This document shows, piece by piece, positions 1-6,690 of a stretch of DNA of 20,336 nt. The notes below the pieces were generated by a model. That model was given only the letters and a program-made list of their open reading frames with translations, did not search any database and was not told where the DNA came from. Position 1 is the stretch's first letter. Every line of letters starts with the position of its first letter. Origin of the DNA: a virus (Duplodnaviria > Heunggongvirae > Uroviricota > Caudoviricetes); the IMG/VR virus record IMGVR_UViG_2617271085_000008, positions 1 to 20,336 of that record; one strand, 5' to 3'. A program made the translations under genes and the position numbers.

Positions 1-240
1 AAATGATTCTTTAAAATACCTGACATGTAATACAGAAAAAACACAAAACCATACCTTAAATAAAAACCTCATCATCAAGCAGATATGCATGGATAAACTA
101 CAAGACGAGATATAAACCACCCTGCATTTAAATAAACAATAAACAACATCAGAAAAATAATTCTGCTCTATGGTTTACAATCAAAAATATCATTTATACT
201 TTTCAGAACATCACCAGCAAGGCATAAACAAGGAAACTAA

Positions 241-576
241 ATGAAGTGGATTGTGATTGATACAGTTATCCAGCCATCATGCGGAATATCTTTTTCAGTC
301 ATATGGAGTAAAATAAAATTAATAATCTGGTATCAATCGGATGCTTTCTTACCTCCTGAAAGTATATTTACACTGACTCACACAGGCATCATGCTCAATA
401 ACAAAGTGCTACCTGTAACCATTTACAACGTAGTACCATTCAATAAAACATTATGGAATTTAATCAAAAACAGCCAGGAATGCCCTACAAATACAGATAA
501 CGTATTGAATGAATGCTTTAATAACCGTTGCACTCTGCAAATATGTCCTTATGGGCTAAAACAACAAAGTCCATAA
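241..576 (+). CDS. Hypothetical protein (111 aa) in AT-rich DNA; may be spurious
   Basis: ORF with AAGGAAA Shine-Dalgarno 5 nt upstream of ATG; very AT-rich and Cys-rich; no recognisable motifs. Confidence 0.2.
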   Translation: MKWIVIDTVIQPSCGISFSVIWSKIKLIIWYQSDAFLPPESIFTLTHTGIMLNNKVLPVTIYNVVPFNKTLWNLIKNSQECPTNTDNVLNECFNNRCTLQICPYGLKQQSP

Positions 577-600
577 GCAGTTTACTCACATCTGACAAAA

Positions 601-856
601 TCAATATAAACAGCCCCTCCGGAGAGGGGCTGGAGAGTGGCGCTATGTGCCATTGCATGGTGCCGGGTGCCTCCCGGTGAATTCAGTACCAGCACCTGAA
701 TCCGCGATTATCCCATATACCTACTCGCTGATTACCCCTCCGCACAGGGGGATTCACCATGCGAAATTTTTTAACAAACTTCCCGCCGGCCAGACAATAA
801 TCGCCAGCCTGAATTATGAGCAACGTGGCATTTTACGGGAAAACTGTTTTCTGCAG
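601..856 (-). repeat. Structured repeat unit 1 of 3 (candidate sRNA) ending in intrinsic terminator
   Basis: Perfect GC hairpin AGCCCCTCCGGAGAGGGGCT (612-631) followed on the minus strand by GTTTATATT; conserved stems CCGGG/CCCGG (663-677) and ATTCAG/CTGAAT (681-701); conserved box GGGGATTCACCATGCGA (~750-765); paralogous to units 2 and 3. Confidence 0.5.
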
Positions 857-1069
857 TAAAAAGGCCCGCCGGAGCGAGCCTGGAAGGATAGCGGTCATGT
901 GATGCCGGTTTCCCGGTAACTCAGCATCGGTATCTGAGTCAACGTTTTCTCTACTGGGTCATTTCCGATACGTTCCGCCTTCCGGCAGACTTTCATCACG
1001 TCAGAAAATATAGCACCCTGAGTAACAGGACAGTACTCAGAATTCAGGAAACTGTGACACATCCTGCAC
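857..1069 (-). repeat. Structured repeat unit 2 of 3 (more divergent copy) ending in intrinsic terminator
   Basis: Hairpin GGCCCGCCGGAGCGAGCC (863-880) followed on the minus strand by TTTTTA; stems CCGG/CCGG (913-924 region) and ACTCAG/CTGAGT (919-939) at equivalent positions to units 1 and 3, with a compensatory base-pair change. Confidence 0.45.
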
Positions 1070-1310
1070 AGAAAAGCCCCTCCGGAGAGGGGCTGAAGTA
1101 TAGCCTAATTTCTGTCTGTCGCATGGTGCCAGGGGCCTCCCGGTAAATTCAGCCTGTCTACTGAATTTGCATGTTCTCTGGATCATACACTTTGCCAGAT
1201 GCCCCGCCGCTGAGGGGGATTCACCATGCGATGTAATTTTTAACAAATTCTCCGGCAGCCAGACAATCATCAAGCTGTGGAATTGTGAGGTATTTAAAAA
1301 TTTCAACGGG
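1070..1310 (-). repeat. Structured repeat unit 3 of 3 ending in intrinsic terminator
   Basis: Hairpin AGCCCCTCCGGAGAGGGGCT (1075-1094), identical to unit 1, followed on the minus strand by TTTTC; stem AAATTCAG/CTGAATTT (1145-1168); box GGGGGATTCACCATGCGATG (~1214-1233). Confidence 0.5.
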
Positions 1311-1465
1311 TAACTGATACCCTGCTAATCGCCTGATGCTTTCTTTTTCAGCAACGGGAAAGCAACAACCACACACCCGCCACCAAAACACCATCAGACA
1401 GCACCGACATTATCCGGCTGCTGAAGTCCACCATCACCACCAGAAACAACAGGAGTGCAACCACA

Positions 1466-1509
1466 GCTGCTTAGAAGGCAATTGCTCTGTCCGGCTGAGC
1501 TAACAACGC
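1466..1509 (-). tRNA. tRNA-Arg(UCU)-like 5' portion; truncated or degenerate (possible pseudo-tRNA)
   Basis: Minus-strand sense GCGTTGT-TA-GCTC-AGCCGGACA-GAGC-A-ATTGC-CTTCTAA-GCAGC gives acceptor 5' strand, D-arm and anticodon arm with anticodon TCT (resembles argU-type tRNA); I could not find a T-arm or a matching 3' acceptor strand downstream. Confidence 0.35.
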
Positions 1510-1522
1510 ATGATGCAGATAA

Positions 1523-1599
1523 TGGACCGCCATCGGGGACTTGAACCCCGCGCAGCCAGCTTCGAAGGCTGGCGCTCTATCCCGATGAGCTAATGGCGG
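1523..1599 (-). tRNA. tRNA-Arg (anticodon UCG)
   Basis: 77-nt cloverleaf on minus strand: acceptor CCGCCAT/ATGGCGG, D-stem GCTC/GAGC, anticodon stem CCAGC/GCTGG with loop CTTCGAA (UCG), T-arm CGGGG-TTCAAGT-CCCCG, discriminator T; CCA is genome-encoded. Confidence 0.8.
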
Positions 1600-1606
1600 T
1601 ATGTGA

Positions 1607-1682
1607 TGGTGGCCCTTGCTGGATTTGAACCAGCGACCTGGCGATTATGAGTCGCTCGCTCTCACCACTGAGCTAAAGGGCC
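1607..1682 (-). tRNA. tRNA with CAU anticodon; Ile2 (lysidine-type, ileX/ileZ-like) or Met
   Basis: 76-nt cloverleaf GGCCCTTTAGCTCAGTGGTGAGAGCGAGCGACTCATAATCGCCAGGTCGCTGGTTCAAATCCAGCAAGGGCCACCA; closely resembles E. coli ileX-type tRNA as recalled from memory; anticodon loop CTCATAA. Confidence 0.8.
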
Positions 1683-1731
1683 GGAAGCAGAATAATAATG
1701 GTGCGTAATTAATTCTGCAATCTCATCCGTT

Positions 1732-2781
1732 TCAAACGATTAAATCCTGAACTTCCCTGACTGTCTGCTCAAAACGTCCGGTCTCCAGTTCAACGCCAAT
1801 CGCACGACGCCCGAGCGCCAGTGCAGCTTTTACCGTTGAACCTGAGCCCATAAAAAAATCTGCAACCAGGTCACCCGGACGACTGCTTGCGCTGATTATC
1901 TGCTGCAGCATTTCTGCCGGTTTTTCGCACGGATGTTTCCCGGGATAGAACTGCACCGGTTTATGTGTCCACACATCCGTGTACGGCACCTGCGCCGTCA
2001 CACCAAAATACCGCCGCAGATGCTTATATTCACTCTGCAGCTCCACATACTGCCGGTTCAGTGACGTATACGTATCCACCAGCTGGTGGTGGGGCTTTTC
2101 CAGTTCACCGCGCTGATGTTTCTCTTCTGCCACCCGGGCAAACAGCGACTGTAATTTCAGATAATCGCTTTCGTTCGGTAGCTGCCACTGACTGGCACTG
2201 AACCAGTGCGACACCATGTTTTTCTTTCCTGTGGCATCTGCAATCTGTTTTGCCGTTATCCCCAGGGCCGCGCGCGCATCACGAAAGTAAGAAATCAGCG
2301 GGGCCATCACATGCTGTTTCAGTGCACTGCCCTTCGCCGCATACCCGGCATCTTTCGGACGATACGGCCCCTGATAATGTTCCGCGAACAGAATGCGCTC
2401 TGTGGCGGGGAAATACGCCCGCAGGCTTTCCTTGTTGCATCCGTTCCAGCGTCCGGACGGCTTCGCCCAGATAATATGGTTCAGCACACTGAAGCGTTCA
2501 CGCATCATGATTTCGATATCAGATGCCAGGCGATGACCACAGAACAGGTAAAGACTTCCGGCAGGTTTCAGCACCCGCCAGAACTGCGCCAGACACTGGT
2601 CCAGCCACTTCAGGTAATCATCGTCGCCCTTCCACTGGTTATCCCAGCCCTCAGGCTTCACTTTAAAGTACGGCGGGTCCGTGACTATCAGGTCAACAGA
2701 ATTTTCGGGTAACGACCGGATAAATTCCAGGCAGTCGGCGTTGATTAACTCACAACTGGATATTTTTACAGTATTAGCCAT
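1732..2781 (-). CDS. DNA methyltransferase, beta-class amino-MTase (N6-adenine or N4-cytosine; DPPY family)
   Basis: 349-aa ORF; motif IV DPPY (LIVTDPPYF) near N-terminus and motif I FFMGSGST near C-terminus, the circularly permuted order typical of beta-class N6A/N4C MTases. Confidence 0.8.
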   Translation of the reverse strand: MANTVKISSCELINADCLEFIRSLPENSVDLIVTDPPYFKVKPEGWDNQWKGDDDYLKWLDQCLAQFWRVLKPAGSLYLFCGHRLASDIEIMMRERFSVLNHIIWAKPSGRWNGCNKESLRAYFPATERILFAEHYQGPYRPKDAGYAAKGSALKQHVMAPLISYFRDARAALGITAKQIADATGKKNMVSHWFSASQWQLPNESDYLKLQSLFARVAEEKHQRGELEKPHHQLVDTYTSLNRQYVELQSEYKHLRRYFGVTAQVPYTDVWTHKPVQFYPGKHPCEKPAEMLQQIISASSRPGDLVADFFMGSGSTVKAALALGRRAIGVELETGRFEQTVREVQDLIV

Positions 2782-2931
2782 AGATCAATAAGCACTTCTC
2801 TGATAGGCTCATACCGCTTTTGCGCAAAGCAGATGGGCCTGAGGTTTGCTTGTGACCCCAACGCATGAGCAGATGGCTGGCAGGTGCCGCTAACACCCAC
2901 CAGCCGCCCATTACCACAAATAAAAAAGCCT

Positions 2932-3129
2932 TCACTGAGGAAGGCGTCTGTAACAACCGAACTGATAATCTGCCAGACCCGCCATAACAAGCTGGGTCAG
3001 TATTAGCTGGCAGCGTTCGCGTGAAAGGTAAGTATTCTGCGCAATTTCCCCGACGGTCGCCGGTTCGGTGACGCTTAATTCATTAAACACCACTCTGGCA
3101 GTTTCGGTCATATCCTGCTGTTTTAGCAT
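2932..3129 (-). CDS. Small hypothetical protein (65 aa), possible DNA-binding protein; start chosen at internal ATG
   Basis: Longer ORF 2932..3366 has no convincing start; internal ATG at 3129 preceded by AAGGGA; product MLKQQDMTETARVVFNELSVTEPATVGEIAQNTYLSRERCQLILTQLV looks helix-turn-helix-like; weak. Confidence 0.3.
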   Translation of the reverse strand: MLKQQDMTETARVVFNELSVTEPATVGEIAQNTYLSRERCQLILTQLVMAGLADYQFGCYRRLPQ

Positions 3130-3252
3130 GTCTTTTTCCCTTTTCTGGTTAACGTGACATACCAATAACTCTTGTCTGAAAAGCCAGCAAGCTGAAAGAC
3201 CGGTATTCGCAACCACCAGCACGTTTAACGTACTGCGCCGTTTTTCGGACAC

Positions 3253-3276
3253 AAAAAACCGCCTGGCGGCGGGTTT
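3253..3276 (-). terminator. Intrinsic terminator-like hairpin (mainly minus-strand, possibly bidirectional)
   Basis: CCGCC-TGGC-GGCGG stem-loop (3259-3272) flanked by AAAAAA (3253-3258) and TTT (3274-3276); on the minus strand the hairpin is followed by TTTTTTGTG. Confidence 0.4.
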
Positions 3277-3321
3277 AAGCTGTGTGGCGTAGTAACCACT
3301 CTTAACACGATATAATATTTT

Positions 3322-3350
3322 TTGCGTACGCGTTATAGTTTTCTTACAAT
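3322..3350 (+). promoter_or_regulatory. Candidate sigma70 promoter for the DUF262-HEPN operon
   Basis: TTGCGT (3322-3327), 17-bp spacer, TACAAT (3345-3350), about 30 nt upstream of the ATG at 3383; a perfect TATAAT also occurs at 3311-3316 without a good -35. Confidence 0.35.
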
Positions 3351-3382
3351 CTATTTCCAACTCCAATTAAAGGAACAGTGAT

Positions 3383-4540
3383 ATGACCACACTCAAAGAA
3401 CTCAAAGAAGAGCTTGCTCAGATTCAAGATGAAAACGCGAAAAATAGAAAAAAAGCTGAAATTGCAGCCTTGGTCACTTCTGCCGACAACGAGATTAGGC
3501 TTGCTCAGAGAAATATTGGATACAACGTACGTGAATGGACCGTTGAATTAATTGTACAAAAGTATGGCAATAATCTTGAAACTGACAAAAACGAACTTTT
3601 TATTCCTGATTATCAACGCGATTACAAATGGGATATCAAAACAGCCTCTCGATTCATCGAAAGTATATTATTAGATTTTCCAATCCCGTACCTCTACATC
3701 TCCGACGTATTTAATGAAGATCCTGAGTTGGATGGTCGTGTAGAAATTATTGACGGTTCACAAAGGATTCGCTCAATTTACTACTTTTGGAACAATCAGT
3801 TTGAATTGAAAGACTTAAAAGAACTCAAAAGTTTAGAGGGCTTCAAATTTTCAGATCTTTTGGCTAGCCGCCAGAGGCGATTTTTAAGGGCATCACTAAG
3901 ATTTATTGAATTGAAAGGTGATGTTGAGGAGCAACATAGAAGAGATTTATTCGAAAGAATAAATTCAGGTGTTAAGAGACTGGAAGCGATGGAGGTTAGA
4001 CATGGTTCAGATGCGGCCACTTCAATTTTCTATAGGGATGTTGTGACTCCTTGCTCAACAAATCCACTTTTCGCTAGTCTAGCTCCATTATCAGACCGGA
4101 AACGTTCGAATGGCGATCATCGTGAGTTAGTTTTGAGATTTTTTGCATACTTAAATGATTTAGAAAATTATAAGGGTTATGTCGCTCCTTTTATTGACAA
4201 TTATCTTAATGTTCAGGCCGAAAGGGTCACACAACAAGATGTAGACAAATTTAAACATGATTTTGAAAGCATGCTTGCTTTTGTAGATGCTCATTTCCCT
4301 ATGGGGTTTAAAAAGACACCAACAAGCAAAACCACCCCCCGTGCTAGATACGAAGCCATAGCAGTGGGAACTGCTCTTGCCTTAAAAGCCAATCCACATC
4401 TACAGGCTCCGGTTATTCCTGTAGGAGACTGGCTGTTTGGGGAGGAATTTGAAACCATAGTTACTGCTGATAGTGCCAACAACACCAGCCAACTCAAAAA
4501 CAGAATATTTTATGTCAAAGATAAATTATTAGGAATGTAA
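3383..4540 (+). CDS. DUF262 / ParB-like (GmrS N-terminal-like) domain protein; candidate defence NTPase/sensor
   Basis: 385-aa ORF with AAAGGAA Shine-Dalgarno; motifs FIPDYQRDYKW and EIIDGSQRIRS match the DUF262 signature (YQR..W and DGxQR); no His-Me/HNH (DUF1524-type) motif seen in the C-terminal half; AT-rich relative to the prophage backbone. Confidence 0.8.
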   Translation: MTTLKELKEELAQIQDENAKNRKKAEIAALVTSADNEIRLAQRNIGYNVREWTVELIVQKYGNNLETDKNELFIPDYQRDYKWDIKTASRFIESILLDFPIPYLYISDVFNEDPELDGRVEIIDGSQRIRSIYYFWNNQFELKDLKELKSLEGFKFSDLLASRQRRFLRASLRFIELKGDVEEQHRRDLFERINSGVKRLEAMEVRHGSDAATSIFYRDVVTPCSTNPLFASLAPLSDRKRSNGDHRELVLRFFAYLNDLENYKGYVAPFIDNYLNVQAERVTQQDVDKFKHDFESMLAFVDAHFPMGFKKTPTSKTTPRARYEAIAVGTALALKANPHLQAPVIPVGDWLFGEEFETIVTADSANNTSQLKNRIFYVKDKLLGM

Positions 4541-4542
4541 CT

Positions 4543-5232
4543 ATGAGTTTGATTGATTTAAGAGATGAATACGAAGAAAGAGCAAGAGATATTATGGAAT
4601 TGCTTTCTCTTGCTTCATCTTTAGAGGCTCAGACTCAGCAGTTAGATCAGCAAACGCATAAAGATGAAATAGAATCAAATACCCTTAGGGTTAACATTTT
4701 AAAATCATCCGTGCACATGATGCTGTACAATCAGGTTGAAAACACTGCCAGAGGATGCATTGAGTCAATTTATGACCATTTGCAAGATAATGAAGTAAAT
4801 TACGCATCACTCAGGGAGAAATTCCAAGTAAATATCTTGCACCGTATCATTTCAGATAATGAATCGGGAAAATCTCTTTATCAAAAAATTGGTTCCGATA
4901 TATCTAAAAGGATCATTTCAGCCTCATTAAACATACGTAAAGAATTCAATGGTAATGTTTGCAAGTCTGTATTGCACAAAATAACACAAGCTTACGGAAT
5001 AACTGTTGCAAACTCACCAGAGTGTAGAAATGGTGTTGACTTAGATTTACTTAAAGATATCAGAAATGAGCTGGCACATGGAAGTACCAGCTTTTCTAAA
5101 AAAGGTCAAATAGACCCTTTAGAAGAAGTCAAATCGAGGTCAGAAAGAATTGATCTATATTTGCGTTTATTAATCAACTCAACAGAAAATTATATTACCT
5201 CTAACGGGTATTTATCCCCTCAACATGTCTGA
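4543..5232 (+). CDS. HEPN-motif protein (putative nuclease/effector partner of the DUF262 protein)
   Basis: 229-aa ORF whose ATG lies 2 nt after the upstream stop (translational coupling), Shine-Dalgarno AGGAA; C-terminal RNELAHG matches the Rx4H HEPN-type motif; assignment is by motif only. Confidence 0.6.
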   Translation: MSLIDLRDEYEERARDIMELLSLASSLEAQTQQLDQQTHKDEIESNTLRVNILKSSVHMMLYNQVENTARGCIESIYDHLQDNEVNYASLREKFQVNILHRIISDNESGKSLYQKIGSDISKRIISASLNIRKEFNGNVCKSVLHKITQAYGITVANSPECRNGVDLDLLKDIRNELAHGSTSFSKKGQIDPLEEVKSRSERIDLYLRLLINSTENYITSNGYLSPQHV

Positions 5233-6241
5233 TAAATGTTTCCCCTATTATCTGACCAATTATAGGGGGAACAGCATTTCCAATCATTGTCCCCAATTTT
5301 TGGAATGAAAAAGGCGTCTCCTTGTCAAGGAATTTATAATCCATTGGAAAGGATTGCAAAATCGCAGCTTCACGCAAAGTTATGGCGCGATTTTGCTCAG
5401 GATGGCCAAATCGTCCATTTCCATATCCATAACACTGGGTAGTTATCGTAGGGCTAGTATCGTCCCAAACCATCCGTCCATAAACGCTTTTATAGGTAGC
5501 ACCTGAATTCTTTTTATGACAGTCTGCTCTAATTTCTTCAGGCCAGTCATCCCACGTACCACCAGGTAAAGAATGCATGATTCGTTTAAGATTGATATCC
5601 ATCAATTTAGGCGAACGATGCAAGGGATCGCTTTCCAGCTTCTCACCTGCCCCTACTTTTGGCAACCTACCAATAGCATCCTTAACAGTAACTTTACGGC
5701 TAACTTTTTTTTGATCAAGGCTGATCGGCCCCAATTGGGAACCAATTAGAATTAATCTACGTCTATTTTGAGGTAAGCCATACTCAGAACATCTTACAAC
5801 GTCGTACCACAAATGATATCCAAGAGTCTTTAATGCACTAACAAACCCTTCAAAAACCTTATGGTTTCTAAGTTGAGGAACATTCTCCATCGTCACAAGC
5901 TCTGGCATGACATCACTTACAAGCCTTTGAAACTCATATAACAAACGCCACTTTGTATCGTCTTTACGGCTATTTGGATTACGATACTTGGAAAACGGTT
6001 GGCAAGGAGCACATCCAGCAAGCAATCTAATATTTCCTTCCTTGAACATAGCAGACACATCGCAGGATTGCAGTTCTGTAACTGACTGATTAATGAACTG
6101 CGTTAAAGGATTATTGCTCTCAATAGCAAAACGGCAGGATTCATCAATATCAATACCATGAGAAACCTCAATCCCGGCTTTTTTTAGCCCAAAAGTTAAG
6201 CCCCCCGCACCACAAAAAATGTCTACTGCCTGAATGTTCAC
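5201..6241 (-). CDS. DNA (cytosine-5)-methyltransferase
   Basis: 346-aa ORF, GTG start with GGAG Shine-Dalgarno; motif I FCGAGG, motif IV GCAPCQPFS (PC catalytic dipeptide), ENV and QNRRR motifs; 3' end overlaps the convergent HEPN gene by 32 bp. Confidence 0.9.
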   Translation of the reverse strand: MNIQAVDIFCGAGGLTFGLKKAGIEVSHGIDIDESCRFAIESNNPLTQFINQSVTELQSCDVSAMFKEGNIRLLAGCAPCQPFSKYRNPNSRKDDTKWRLLYEFQRLVSDVMPELVTMENVPQLRNHKVFEGFVSALKTLGYHLWYDVVRCSEYGLPQNRRRLILIGSQLGPISLDQKKVSRKVTVKDAIGRLPKVGAGEKLESDPLHRSPKLMDINLKRIMHSLPGGTWDDWPEEIRADCHKKNSGATYKSVYGRMVWDDTSPTITTQCYGYGNGRFGHPEQNRAITLREAAILQSFPMDYKFLDKETPFSFQKLGTMIGNAVPPIIGQIIGETFIRHVEGINTR

Positions 6242-6261
6242 AAGATTCTCCGTTACTTTAT

Positions 6262-6300
6262 CCTGGTATTATATACACATAAAAGTTGGGAAAGTAGAAC
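6262..6300 (-). promoter_or_regulatory. Candidate promoter immediately downstream of the Q-like gene (possible late promoter PR'-like, or MTase promoter)
   Basis: Minus-strand TATAAT (complement of 6268-6273) about 30 nt upstream of the MTase GTG start, in the 63-bp gap after the Q-like stop; -35 is weak. Confidence 0.3.
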
Positions 6301-6304
6301 GATT

Positions 6305-6688
6305 TTACATAGAACTTAAGTCATTGTAGTAAATGAAAAATGACAAGCAGCCATCAATAAACCCCATTGCTGTTTGCATCTCTTTCCGTATTGTTCCATC
6401 TGAACATTTCCGTTTTTTAGCAATAGCGCGTAATGAGATACCAATAACAAAGTGAGCAATGATCAACTCATACTCTTCGGGTTTATACTTTCGCAACCGA
6501 GCCACACAACCGTCTATCATGATACCTTCGTCATCATCACACTGGAGACGTGACTTTTTACCGTGTGGTAAAAGCCCCTTGAAGCCTGCTGCTATCGGCT
6601 GCCAGTCCACACCACTGTTATCTGCTGCAGCCCATGCCCCCCAACGTTCAAGAACCATCTGAATATCACGCATCAACTTTCTCCACAA
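6305..6688 (-). CDS. Phage antitermination protein Q-like (short Q family of E. coli prophages)
   Basis: 127-aa ORF with N-terminus MRDIQMVLERWGAWAA, recalled as characteristic of short Q-like antiterminators; position at the end of the replication/nin operon. Confidence 0.7.
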   Translation of the reverse strand: MWRKLMRDIQMVLERWGAWAAADNSGVDWQPIAAGFKGLLPHGKKSRLQCDDDEGIMIDGCVARLRKYKPEEYELIIAHFVIGISLRAIAKKRKCSDGTIRKEMQTAMGFIDGCLSFFIYYNDLSSM

Positions 6689-6690
6689 AA

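Noticed and set aside
647-1306. Track ORFs 647..859 (+) and 1037..1306 (-) as protein-coding genes
   Set aside because: They run through the terminator hairpins and conserved stems of the repeat units; short candidate peptides in the units are not conserved in length between copies
601-1310. CRISPR array
   Set aside because: Units are ~210-250 bp, paralogous along their whole length and not short identical repeats separated by unique spacers; no cas genes
601-1310. Assignment of the repeat units to the known E. coli REP/BIME or ERIC/IRU families
   Set aside because: Sequences do not match my recollection of those consensus elements; left unassigned
1-1500. Shiga-toxin or other toxin cargo downstream of the ileZ/argN/argO-like tRNA array
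   Set aside because: No ORF of appropriate size or signal-peptide character follows the tRNAs; the region holds only structured repeats and AT-rich DNA
1965-2712. Plus-strand ORFs 1965..2201, 2206..2712 and 2250..2474
   Set aside because: Embedded antisense within the well-supported DPPY methyltransferase gene; no start signals; typical GC-rich antisense frames
2766-3366. Track ORFs 2766..2990, 2774..2956 and the full-length 2932..3366
   Set aside because: No credible ribosome-binding sites; the long version of 2932..3366 would run through the terminator-like hairpin and promoter region; only the short 2932..3129 form was kept, at low confidence
3796-4497. Antisense ORFs 3796..4020 and 4291..4497 inside the DUF262 gene
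   Set aside because: Embedded in a strongly supported coding region on the opposite strand; low-complexity products
3383-4540. Complete GmrSD-type fusion (DUF262 + DUF1524 HNH) in a single protein
   Set aside because: No His-Me finger/HNH-like motif is visible in the C-terminal half; the nuclease role, if any, is more likely supplied by the separate HEPN-motif protein
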